The notes beneath the pieces were generated by a model, which saw only the letters and a list, made by a program, of their open reading frames with translations, did no database searches and was not told the origin of the DNA. Both the position numbers and the translations under genes were made by a program. Shown here piece by piece: positions 36,154 to 44,885 of a stretch of DNA of 49,220 nt (its first letter is position 1; every line of letters starts with the position of its first letter). Location of the stretch: positions 1 to 49,220 of the forward strand of contig JAZGDW010000301.1 of NCBI GenBank assembly GCA_036478295.1, in the 5' to 3' direction. This DNA is from Candidatus Krumholzibacteriia bacterium. Its GTDB lineage: Bacteria > Krumholzibacteriota > Krumholzibacteriia > WVZY01.

Positions 36154-37413
36154 ATGATAGGATCACTATCAAACTACCGCGGTAACATTCGTTTTTGGCT
36201 CAAGGCCTATTTGTTAATCGGCGTGGCGCTCCTGACCCTGGGTGTGTTCCTTTACAACAACCGGGTCATCAGGCGTATGGAGGAGCAGTCCGCCGCTACC
36301 ACGAGCCTCTTTTCGCGGTTTATTGCGGAGGTGGTGCTGGAAGTCCAGGATGAGGGCAAGCGCAGAATCCTGCAGGACGTGATGCAGAGGATCGAGCTGC
36401 CCGTGGTGCTGACCGATGTGGACGGGCGCCCGTTCGGCTGGCACCGGGTCGGCGTCGAACCACCGTCCGAGGAGGATTTCGAGAACCTCGCTACCCTTGA
36501 TCCGGCCAACCCCCCAGAGGGAAAAATGAAGGCGCTGGTAGAACGGATCCGCAAGATGGACAAGAGCCGCGATCCGATTCCAATTCGTGCCGCGGACTCG
36601 GGCGAGGTGCTGGCGTATGTCCATTTCGGCCTGTCGAGACTGCAGCGGGAGTTGCGCCTGATGCCCTTTATCCAGCTGGCCTTGTTTCTGGTATTCATGG
36701 CGGTGGCGCTGCAGGGGTTTCGCTACCTCAAGCTCAGCGAACAGCGTTCGATCTGGGTGGGGATGGCCAAGGAAACCGCCCATCAGCTGGGCACACCGCT
36801 GTCGGCGTTGCTGGGTTGGACGCAGCTGCTGCGTGACCAGGTGGCGGAGGGCAAGAGCGAGGACATCGCGACATCGGTGGACGAGATGGAAGAGGATCTG
36901 CGCCGCCTGAGCAAGGTCACCGAGCGGTTCAGCAAGATCGGGGCGCAGCCCGAGCTAAAAACCATTTCCATTTCAGAAGTGCTGGAGCGCACGGCCCAGT
37001 ATTTCCACCGGCGCCTGCCGCGGCTCAAAGCCGATTCGACCCTCACGCTCGAGTTCGAGGAGACGCCGCTGATGCGCGGCAATGAAGAGTTGCTCGAATG
37101 GGTGTTCGAAAACCTCATCAAGAACGGGCTGGACGCGCTGGGCGAGAGCGGCGGCACCATCTCCATCCGCACCCGCTACGATCCGTCGAAGCGCATGGTG
37201 GAGATTACCGTGCACGATTCGGGCAAGGGCGTTCCGCCGGCCCTGAGACACCGGATCTTCTCGCCGGGGTTTACGACCAAGCGGCGGGGGTGGGGACTCG
37301 GGCTCGCGCTGACACGCCGGATTGTCGAAGATTATCATGGAGGCGAACTGAAACTCGCCGACTCCCACGCGGGCAAGGGCAGTACCTTCATGGTCCGGTT
37401 CCCGGTTTCTTGA
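36154..37413 (+). CDS. Membrane sensor histidine kinase
   Basis: Two TM segments. H-box ETAHQLGTP, N-box ENLIKNG, DSGKG and TTKRRGWGLGL. Confidence 0.95.
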   Translation: MIGSLSNYRGNIRFWLKAYLLIGVALLTLGVFLYNNRVIRRMEEQSAATTSLFSRFIAEVVLEVQDEGKRRILQDVMQRIELPVVLTDVDGRPFGWHRVGVEPPSEEDFENLATLDPANPPEGKMKALVERIRKMDKSRDPIPIRAADSGEVLAYVHFGLSRLQRELRLMPFIQLALFLVFMAVALQGFRYLKLSEQRSIWVGMAKETAHQLGTPLSALLGWTQLLRDQVAEGKSEDIATSVDEMEEDLRRLSKVTERFSKIGAQPELKTISISEVLERTAQYFHRRLPRLKADSTLTLEFEETPLMRGNEELLEWVFENLIKNGLDALGESGGTISIRTRYDPSKRMVEITVHDSGKGVPPALRHRIFSPGFTTKRRGWGLGLALTRRIVEDYHGGELKLADSHAGKGSTFMVRFPVS

Positions 37414-37547
37414 GTGCGCCGCAGAATACGCTATCCCGCTTGAGATAAACGGATTATATTTATCTCGCTATGCCGGCCCGAGGGCGGCGTAGCGAATGCC
37501 GATTGAAGCTGGCAGCACATAGGGCGGTTTTTTAGAAGGCGGTGCAC

Positions 37548-39098
37548 GTGGCTGGTCAAAGGATACTGTGGGTGGACGACGAGATCGAGCTGTTGAAATC
37601 GCACGTGCGGTTTCTAGAGGGCAAGGGTTACGTAGTCAGCGAAGCGACCAACGGCGAAGACGCCGTCGAGCTGGTTAAAGCGCAGAAGTTCGACGTGCTT
37701 CTGCTCGACGAATCCATGCCCGGGAAGGGCGGGCTGGAAACGCTGAATGAGATCAAAGAGGCAGACCCCACGCTTCACGTGGTCATGATCACGAAGAACG
37801 AGGAAGAGAGCCTGATGGACGACGCCATCGGCATGAAGATCTCGGACTACCTGCTCAAACCGGTCAGCCCGATGCAAATCCACTCCGCGTGCAAGCGGAT
37901 CCTCGAGGGGCACCGGCTGCAGGAGACCCGGTTTTCCCAGGACTACGTCAAGGAGTTCAACAACATGAACTCGCTGATCGATGAGGGTACCTGGGACAGC
38001 TGGTTGCGCGTGCATCGGAAGCTCAGCGAATGGGACCTGGAGTTCGACCGCTTTCGCGACAGCGGTCTCGAAGATACTCATGAAGAGCAAAAGCTAAACG
38101 CGAACAAACATTTTTGCCGGTTTATAGAAAAGCAGTACCCTGACTGGCTGCGGTCTGAGGACCGTCCGCCGCTCAGCGTCGATATTTTTAGTCGCTTCGT
38201 GGCACCGCATGTCAAAGCCGGCGATCAGGTGCTGTTCATCGTGATCGACTGTGTGCGGCTCGACCAGTGGCTGATCATAGAAGAGATTCTCAGCGAACAT
38301 TTCACCGTCAAACGTGACTACCACCTGTCGATACTGCCAACGGCGACCCCGTATTCGAGAAACGCGATATTCAGCGGACTCTTTCCCGATGAGATCGCAC
38401 GGAAATATCCAGACAAGTGGACCGAGAAATCCAAGAATGAGACCAGTAAGAACCGCCATGAACAGTTTCTGCTCAAAGAGCAGTTGAATCGGGCGGGCCT
38501 GCCGTCGGACCGCCTGCGCTACCACAAAATCTACGCCGTCCAAGAGGCCAACGAATTGGGAAAGAAGATCGACGCTACTTTATCGGTGCCGTTCGTCGCG
38601 ATGGTCTTCAACTTCGTCGACATGCTGACCCACGGGCGCAACCAGTCGGAAGTCCTGAAACAGGTCGCGCCGGATGAAGCTGCTTTTCGTTCGGTAGTAC
38701 GCTCCTGGTTCTCGCACTCGGTTCTGCTGGACATTCTCAGACACGCGGCCAGGAAGAACATCAAGGTAATCATGACCACCGATCATGGTTCCGTACTGAG
38801 CCGCCGGGCCAGCCTGGTCTACGGCCGCCGTGATACCTCGACTAACCTCCGCTACAAGTACGGGGATAGCCTCAAGTGCGACGACAAGCAGGCGATCGTC
38901 TGCCGAAATCCGGCCGAGTTCCGGTTACCCGCGGAATCCAAGACCAAGACCTATCTGTTTGCGAAGGAGTATTTCTACTTCGTCTACCCCACGAACTACA
39001 GGGACTACGAGCGACAGTTCCAGGGGAGTTTTCAGCACGGAGGCGTTTCGCTCGAAGAAATGATCCTGCCGTGCCTGACTCTGTTGCCCAAGGCTTGA
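37548..39098 (+). CDS. PorX-like response regulator with a PglZ (alkaline-phosphatase superfamily) output domain
   Basis: Receiver motifs WVDDE, LLDESMPG, MITKNEEE and KP. PglZ motifs IDCVRLDQW, LPTATPYSRN, DMLTH, TDHG and FQHGGVSLEEM. Followed by tsaE. Confidence 0.92.
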   Translation: MAGQRILWVDDEIELLKSHVRFLEGKGYVVSEATNGEDAVELVKAQKFDVLLLDESMPGKGGLETLNEIKEADPTLHVVMITKNEEESLMDDAIGMKISDYLLKPVSPMQIHSACKRILEGHRLQETRFSQDYVKEFNNMNSLIDEGTWDSWLRVHRKLSEWDLEFDRFRDSGLEDTHEEQKLNANKHFCRFIEKQYPDWLRSEDRPPLSVDIFSRFVAPHVKAGDQVLFIVIDCVRLDQWLIIEEILSEHFTVKRDYHLSILPTATPYSRNAIFSGLFPDEIARKYPDKWTEKSKNETSKNRHEQFLLKEQLNRAGLPSDRLRYHKIYAVQEANELGKKIDATLSVPFVAMVFNFVDMLTHGRNQSEVLKQVAPDEAAFRSVVRSWFSHSVLLDILRHAARKNIKVIMTTDHGSVLSRRASLVYGRRDTSTNLRYKYGDSLKCDDKQAIVCRNPAEFRLPAESKTKTYLFAKEYFYFVYPTNYRDYERQFQGSFQHGGVSLEEMILPCLTLLPKA

Positions 39099-39099
39099 C

Positions 39100-39588
39100 A
39101 TGCTCGAGCCCCGATCAGAGAAGAAATCGATGGATTCTTCTTCCGAAGCGAGCACGGAGCGGTTCGGGATCGAGTTGGGTCTCCGCATCGGGCAAGCCAC
39201 CTGCGTCAGCCTGGTTGGTCCACTGGGATCCGGCAAGTCTGTGATCGCACGGGGTATCTGCTCCGGTCTGGGCGTGAAGGAGTCCGTAGTCAGTCCCACC
39301 TTCATTCTCTACGAGGAATACCGGGGCCGGCTGCCCGTGATACACTGCGATCTTTACCGTCTGGAACATGAACGGGAGCTCGAGGAGTTGGGTGTCTTCG
39401 ATCGCATCGGCCTGGACGCGGTGGTTCTGGTCGAATGGGGCGATCGCTCTCCCGGGATCCACGACCGGGCGGATATTGTCGTGCAGCTGGCGGTGACGGG
39501 CGGGACAGGTCGGCGCATCGACGTGCACTACCGTCCGTGGACACGCGCCCTTTTTGACGGATGGGCCGCCACACCTCTCCAGGGGTGA
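39100..39588 (+). CDS. tsaE: t6A biosynthesis ATPase
   Basis: GPLGSGKS, VSPTF, HCDLYRL and VEW. Confidence 0.93.
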   Translation: MLEPRSEKKSMDSSSEASTERFGIELGLRIGQATCVSLVGPLGSGKSVIARGICSGLGVKESVVSPTFILYEEYRGRLPVIHCDLYRLEHERELEELGVFDRIGLDAVVLVEWGDRSPGIHDRADIVVQLAVTGGTGRRIDVHYRPWTRALFDGWAATPLQG

Positions 39589-39589
39589 A

Positions 39590-40318
39590 ATGATGCGGGT
39601 TCTCGGCATCGACACATCGCACGCCACCGGAAGCGTCACAGTCCGGGGCTCGCGGGGCAGCGTGGAGCATACGACCTTCGGACCCGGCTCGTCCCATCTG
39701 GTCGAGTTGTGCGCGGCGGTCGACAAACTTTTGATCGGTAGCGACCTCGATATAACAGACATCGACCGTGTCGCTCTCGTCTCCGGCCCGGGGAGCTTCA
39801 CGGGTTTGAGGATCGGCCTGTCCTTCGTCAAAGGCCTCTTCGCGGCGCGCCCGCTGGAAGTGGTCACCATGACCAGTCTCGAACTGCTCGCCATCCAGGC
39901 GGCGCGCGAACACGAACGTGTCTGTGCCATGGTTGACGCGCGCAGAGACGAAGTGTACGGGGCGCTCTATGTGGCGGACGGACAATACCCCGTGGACGGC
40001 ACGCCGATTCCACGGGTGCGGGCCGAGATAGAACCGCGAGCTGCGTCGCCCGCGGAGTTTTTGACGTCTCTGGAGAAATGTCCCACACTCTTTGTGGGAT
40101 CGGGCGCCGTGCGTTACGCGCAACTGGTCCGCGACACCTTCGGCGACAGCACCGTTGCCTGTGCCACTGACAGCCAGCCGTCGACGGAGCTACTCTGCAA
40201 TATCGCCCCGGCGCTCGAGCCGGTGGATCCGGGGAAAGTGCCTCAAATGGAGCCTTTTTACATTCGCCCGAGCGGTGCCGTTCTCAAGCCTCTGCGAAGG
40301 ATACGCAGCGATGGATGA
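39590..40318 (+). CDS. tsaB: t6A biosynthesis protein
   Basis: LGIDTS, GPGSFTGLRIG, DARRDEVY and EPFYIR. Confidence 0.94.
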   Translation: MMRVLGIDTSHATGSVTVRGSRGSVEHTTFGPGSSHLVELCAAVDKLLIGSDLDITDIDRVALVSGPGSFTGLRIGLSFVKGLFAARPLEVVTMTSLELLAIQAAREHERVCAMVDARRDEVYGALYVADGQYPVDGTPIPRVRAEIEPRAASPAEFLTSLEKCPTLFVGSGAVRYAQLVRDTFGDSTVACATDSQPSTELLCNIAPALEPVDPGKVPQMEPFYIRPSGAVLKPLRRIRSDG

Positions 40319-40808
40319 GATAAAGCTCGTGCCGATGAATACAGCTCACATCCCCCAGGTTCTCTCCATCGAGAGGCGGGTGTTCACGACGCCGTGGTCC
40401 AAAGAGATGTTCGTACAGGAAGTGCGGGGGGTCTTTGGATCGAAGGCGGTGGCGGCGATGCTGGGCGGCCACGTGATTGGATACTGCATCGCGTGGTTCA
40501 TCGATGAGGAGGTTCACCTGGTCAATCTCGCCGTAACGCCGGGGTATCAAAACCGCGGGATCGGAACACGGTTGCTCAGGCAATTGCTCGACGAGGCCAC
40601 AGCGGATAGCAGGCAGACGATTACGCTGGAAGTGCGAGAAAGCAACGCCGGCGCTCAGGCGTTCTATCGCAGGTTTCTGTTTCAAACCATTGGTGTTCAC
40701 AAACGCTACTATTCGGATAACCGGGAAGACGCCCTTTTGATGGCGCTGAATCTCGAAGATCTCCCGGAGTGGGGAGCTTCTGGTGAGGACAGATCCGATG
40801 CCGGCTGA
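40311..40808 (+). CDS. rimI: Ribosomal-protein-alanine N-acetyltransferase
   Basis: FTTPWS, NLAV..GYQNRGIG, LEVRESN and YYSDNREDALLM. Confidence 0.93.
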   Translation: MDEIKLVPMNTAHIPQVLSIERRVFTTPWSKEMFVQEVRGVFGSKAVAAMLGGHVIGYCIAWFIDEEVHLVNLAVTPGYQNRGIGTRLLRQLLDEATADSRQTITLEVRESNAGAQAFYRRFLFQTIGVHKRYYSDNREDALLMALNLEDLPEWGASGEDRSDAG

Positions 40809-41568
40809 GGCCGACCCGCTCCAGGGTGCAACCCTGGCGGTGGTTCTGGGCAGCGGCCTGGGTGGGATAAGTGAGTCTTTTTTCGTACGAGCACAACGCA
40901 AGTTTCAAGATGTTCCCGGTCTGGACGCAGCGTGTACCGAAGGTCACGCCGGAGAACTGAAGTTGTGCCGGGTGGAGAACCGGCCCTGCCTGTTTGTCTG
41001 CGGTCGCCGGCACTACTACGAAGGCCAACCCCAACAGATAGCGACGCTGGTCGAGTACCTGCACGCTCTGGGTATCCGCCGCCTGCTCCTCACCTCAGCG
41101 GCGGGCAGCCTCACGACCGAGTGCGCGCCGGGTAGCCTCATGCTGACCGATAGCCTCCTGGACTTCCAGTTTCGTCCGCCGACCGTGCCCGCTGGAGGCG
41201 GGCAGTCCCCCAGGCGGGTGCCCGGCCTCGATGGGAAGCTGCAGGCGGCACTGGCGAGGGCGGCGAAGCGAGCGGGCGTGGCGCTCGCCCGCGGGTCCCT
41301 GGCGTGCACCGCGGGTCCCCTTTACGAAACTCGTTCTGAAGTGATTTTTTTGAAACGACTTGGGATTTCAACGGTCTCGATGTCGGGCGCAGCGGAGGTC
41401 GCGGCGGCCGGTGAGTTCGGCATCCAAATTGCTAGCGTGGTACTGGTAACCAACTGGGCGACCGGAAGTTCCGGCGCCCGTCTCAAACACGCCGACGTGC
41501 TGGATCGCGGTCGGAGGACGGCAGACGACCTCAAACGTGTGATCGTCCAGCTGGTTACCGATTCGTAG
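40798..41568 (+). CDS. Purine-nucleoside phosphorylase (trimeric type), divergent
   Basis: VLGSGLG, GHAG, GRRHYYEG, GPLYET, MS and TN motifs. Confidence 0.85.
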   Translation: MPAEADPLQGATLAVVLGSGLGGISESFFVRAQRKFQDVPGLDAACTEGHAGELKLCRVENRPCLFVCGRRHYYEGQPQQIATLVEYLHALGIRRLLLTSAAGSLTTECAPGSLMLTDSLLDFQFRPPTVPAGGGQSPRRVPGLDGKLQAALARAAKRAGVALARGSLACTAGPLYETRSEVIFLKRLGISTVSMSGAAEVAAAGEFGIQIASVVLVTNWATGSSGARLKHADVLDRGRRTADDLKRVIVQLVTDS

Positions 41569-41689
41569 TGGGGGGGAGGTGGCGGAGATATTTTTCGGTT
41601 GTGGACGACTCCCGCGCGCCGTATAGTTAGTTTGAACTTTAGATTTGGCTTATAGTTAGAACTTCGAAGGCAAGAGGGGTACGACGAGC

Positions 41690-42592
41690 ATGTCGTGGTT
41701 CAAGAGGACCAAGAAGGGACTGACGGGCGCCACCGTCAAGAAATCGCTGCCCGATGGATTGTGGCAGAAGTGCGAGCTGTGCGGAGAGATCCTCTACGTG
41801 AAGGAACTCGAAAAGCGGCTCTGGGTGTGCTCGAAGTGCGGCTATCATTTCATTATCGGCACCGACAAGTACATCGAGATCTTGTGCGACCCCGGTACCT
41901 TCGAGGAGACTCACACAGGCCTTCGCTCCGGCGATCCCCTCGAGTTCAAGGATGTCAAGCGCTACGCGGACCGGCTCAAACAGTACACGGAAAAAACCGG
42001 CCGGGACGACGCCGTGATCACTGGACTCGCCCGGATCGATGGTCGTGACATCGTTCTCGCCATCATGGATTTTTCGTTCATGGGTGGGAGCATGGGATCG
42101 GTGGTCGGGGAAAAAATTGCCCGGGCCATGGAAGACGCCATCACTTCGCGTAACCCACTGATTATCGTGTCGCGTTCGGGCGGTGCGCGCATGCAGGAGT
42201 CGATACTTTCGCTCATGCAGATGGCCAAGACGTGCGCCATGCTCTCCTGCATGTCGGAAAAGAGAGTCCCGTACATTTCGATCATGACCAACCCCACCAC
42301 CGGCGGCGTGACTGCCAGTTTCGCCAGCCTCGGGGACGTCATCATTGCCGAGCCCAAGGCCCTCATCGGCTTCGCCGGGCCGAGGGTCATAAAACAGACG
42401 ATTCTTCAAGAACTGCCGGAAGGTTTCCAACGTAGCGAGTTCCTGCTCGAGCGCGGGATGATCGACATGATTCGCTCTCGCGACAAGCTGCGCAATACTC
42501 TCGAAGAACTGCTTGGTTTTTTTTGTGCTGAGGTAGCCACCACCCCACAAGAGGCGGATAAGGATGAGGAGGAATCGTCCGCGGTTTCCTGA
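41690..42592 (+). CDS. accD: Acetyl-CoA carboxylase carboxyltransferase beta subunit
   Basis: GLWQKC zinc finger, FMGGSMG, SGGARMQE, GGVTAS and FAGPRVI. Confidence 0.97.
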   Translation: MSWFKRTKKGLTGATVKKSLPDGLWQKCELCGEILYVKELEKRLWVCSKCGYHFIIGTDKYIEILCDPGTFEETHTGLRSGDPLEFKDVKRYADRLKQYTEKTGRDDAVITGLARIDGRDIVLAIMDFSFMGGSMGSVVGEKIARAMEDAITSRNPLIIVSRSGGARMQESILSLMQMAKTCAMLSCMSEKRVPYISIMTNPTTGGVTASFASLGDVIIAEPKALIGFAGPRVIKQTILQELPEGFQRSEFLLERGMIDMIRSRDKLRNTLEELLGFFCAEVATTPQEADKDEEESSAVS

Positions 42593-43898
42593 AACGCCTG
42601 CCCGGTTGCCCCCCAACCTATCGTTCGTACTCGGAATTTCCCCCTCGGCCATGACGCTGGGGCTGGGAAACATGCGGGCACTCCTCAAAGAGCTGGGGCA
42701 CCCGGAAGAAAAGTTACGTCCGGTAGTGGTGGCGGGCACCAACGGCAAGGGGTCGGTGACGGCTTATTTGAGTGCGCTCCTCGCGGCCAACGGCCGCCGT
42801 GTCGGGTCTTACAGCTCGCCCCACGTGTATTCAGTCAATGAGCGCATCTGCGTCGACAACCAGCCAGTGGCCGTAGAGGAAATGGAAGACGCCGCCGCGC
42901 GCATCGTCCCGTTGTACGAAAAGATCGGGTACAGTTATTTTGAGGCGCTGACCGCGATCAGCTTCTTGATTTTTGCCCAGAGCGACATCGACCTTTGCGT
43001 TCTGGAGACCGGTCTGGGTGGTCGTTTCGACGCGACCAACGTGGTCGAACCGGTGCTGAGCGTCATCACGGGCATATCGCTCGACCACAGGCGGATTCTG
43101 GGCGACAGTGAGGAAGAAATACTGCGCGAGAAGATGGGGATCACGCGGACGGGGACGCCGCTGCTCGTAGGCGAGCTTTCACCGGACCTCGAAGCAATTG
43201 TCGCAGGCAAGGCGGAGCGTGAGCATATCCCGCTCCGGCGATTCGACGAACTGGGCAAGGTCGAGGTCAAAAACATGACCGCCTACGGGATGCGGGCTCA
43301 TCTGCGCACACACGGGCACGACTACGGCACTGTGCCACTGCCCCTGGTCGGCGCCCACCAGGCTTCGAACGCCTTGCTGGCCGTGGCCGCGGCGGAACAT
43401 CTCATCAAGGACGTTTCGCGCCTCGAGCGAGCCGCCGCGATCACCCACTTGCCCGGGCGGTTCGAAGCCAGAGAGGTCGCTGGCAATACGGTGGTGCTCG
43501 ACGTGGCCCACAACGACGCCGCGTTGACCGCGGCGGCGGAGACCCTCGCTGCGGTATCACCCCCCACGAAGAATGCCATGATACTCGGCATGCTGCCGCG
43601 CAAAGAGCTGCTGCGGTTTCCGGAGGAGTTTCACCGGTACGTGCGGCGCCTGTACCTGGTGGACCCGGCGCCCGGGGACTCGTTGACCGCACCCGCGCTG
43701 CTGGAAAGAATCGGTCTGGCGAACGTGAAGAACAAGCCGGTCGATGTTTTTGTGGAAAGCAACTTCGAATCCGAGTCACACTGGGAGCGATTCCTGGACG
43801 GGCTCTTTGCGTCGCCGTCTGAGGCCGTACTGATTACGGGTTCCTTTCGCACGGTCGAAGTTTTCGGACGGCGGCTGGAGAACCTGGAGGTGTCATGA
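42564..43898 (+). CDS. folC: Folylpolyglutamate synthase/dihydrofolate synthase
   Basis: AGTNGKGS, SPH, ETGLGGRFDATN, PGRFE and LDVAHN. Confidence 0.95.
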   Translation: MRRNRPRFPETPARLPPNLSFVLGISPSAMTLGLGNMRALLKELGHPEEKLRPVVVAGTNGKGSVTAYLSALLAANGRRVGSYSSPHVYSVNERICVDNQPVAVEEMEDAAARIVPLYEKIGYSYFEALTAISFLIFAQSDIDLCVLETGLGGRFDATNVVEPVLSVITGISLDHRRILGDSEEEILREKMGITRTGTPLLVGELSPDLEAIVAGKAEREHIPLRRFDELGKVEVKNMTAYGMRAHLRTHGHDYGTVPLPLVGAHQASNALLAVAAAEHLIKDVSRLERAAAITHLPGRFEAREVAGNTVVLDVAHNDAALTAAAETLAAVSPPTKNAMILGMLPRKELLRFPEEFHRYVRRLYLVDPAPGDSLTAPALLERIGLANVKNKPVDVFVESNFESESHWERFLDGLFASPSEAVLITGSFRTVEVFGRRLENLEVS

Positions 43899-44872
43899 AG
43901 ACCGGCGTACTGGTGGGGATCGACATCGGCGGGACCAACACCAAGCTGGCACTCGTCGACCTGCGGGGGCGAGTTCTGGCTCGTGACATGATCGATACCA
44001 GCGCGTCTCGGGGACCGGAGGCCCTTTTTCGAGACCTCGGGCAGCGCATCCCCGACTTGCTGGGCGGGAGGCGCTCCATCCTGGCCGCTGGTGTGGGGTG
44101 CGCGGGTTTGATCGACGAACATGGCAAGCTCCACGCCTCTCCGAACCTCCCTGGCTGGGAGAAGACGTCGCTTGGTCGGATCGCACGACGCCATCTCGGT
44201 GTAAATACTACAGTGGACAACGATGCCAATGCGGCAGCCTACGGCGAGTACAAGCGGGGGTGCGGGAAAAACGCGCGTATGCTGGTCTGCGTCACCCTGG
44301 GGACAGGCGTCGGGGGCGGTATCGTGAGCCACGGTCGCATCCTCAAGGGTGCCAGCGGTTACGCCTCCGAGATCGGGCACATGACCATCCACCTGAACGG
44401 TCGACGCTGCAAATGCGGCAACCGCGGGTGTCTGGAAGCCTACGTGGGTACCGACGCGCTGGTGCGAAGTGCCCGCGGGCTGCTCGCGAAACGGAAAAGC
44501 GCGCTGCTCGCCACCCGCACGACACTCACGCCCGAGGTCATCGCCCGGGCGGCCCGCAACGGGGATTCGGTGGCGAAAGAGGTTTTCGAGCGCGCAGCGC
44601 ACCACCTGGGCGCCGCACTTGCGTCATTGGTGAACCTGCTCAATCCTGATACGATAGCCCTCGCCGGCGGTGTGGCCGGAGGATTCGATCTGATGAAAAA
44701 ACCGTTGAACGACGAGATCGCGGCGCGTGCCTTCGCGGAGGCCGCACAGGCGGTGACGGTTTACAAGGCGCAACTGGGCAACGACGCAGCGGTGGTCGGC
44801 GCGGCGCTCATTGCCAGGGACGCGGCCGGGTCCCCGCCGCGCGCGACACGGGCGGCCGACCGAAGCCGGTGA
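43895..44872 (+). CDS. ROK family sugar kinase (glucokinase-like)
   Basis: GIDIGGT, NDANAAA, LGTGVGGG, EIGH and CKCGNRGCLE. Confidence 0.93.
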   Translation: MKTGVLVGIDIGGTNTKLALVDLRGRVLARDMIDTSASRGPEALFRDLGQRIPDLLGGRRSILAAGVGCAGLIDEHGKLHASPNLPGWEKTSLGRIARRHLGVNTTVDNDANAAAYGEYKRGCGKNARMLVCVTLGTGVGGGIVSHGRILKGASGYASEIGHMTIHLNGRRCKCGNRGCLEAYVGTDALVRSARGLLAKRKSALLATRTTLTPEVIARAARNGDSVAKEVFERAAHHLGAALASLVNLLNPDTIALAGGVAGGFDLMKKPLNDEIAARAFAEAAQAVTVYKAQLGNDAAVVGAALIARDAAGSPPRATRAADRSR

Positions 44873-44885
44873 AAGGGAATCTGAG

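Noticed and set aside
37483..37494. ops/JUMPstart element (GGCGGCGTAGCG)
   Set aside because: It does not match GGCGGTAG and is not in front of the polysaccharide operon; it is one arm of a hairpin.
40798..41568. PNP as a second pseudoenzyme
   Set aside because: It is divergent, but the GSG, R.H.YE, YET, MS and TN substrate-binding motifs are retained.
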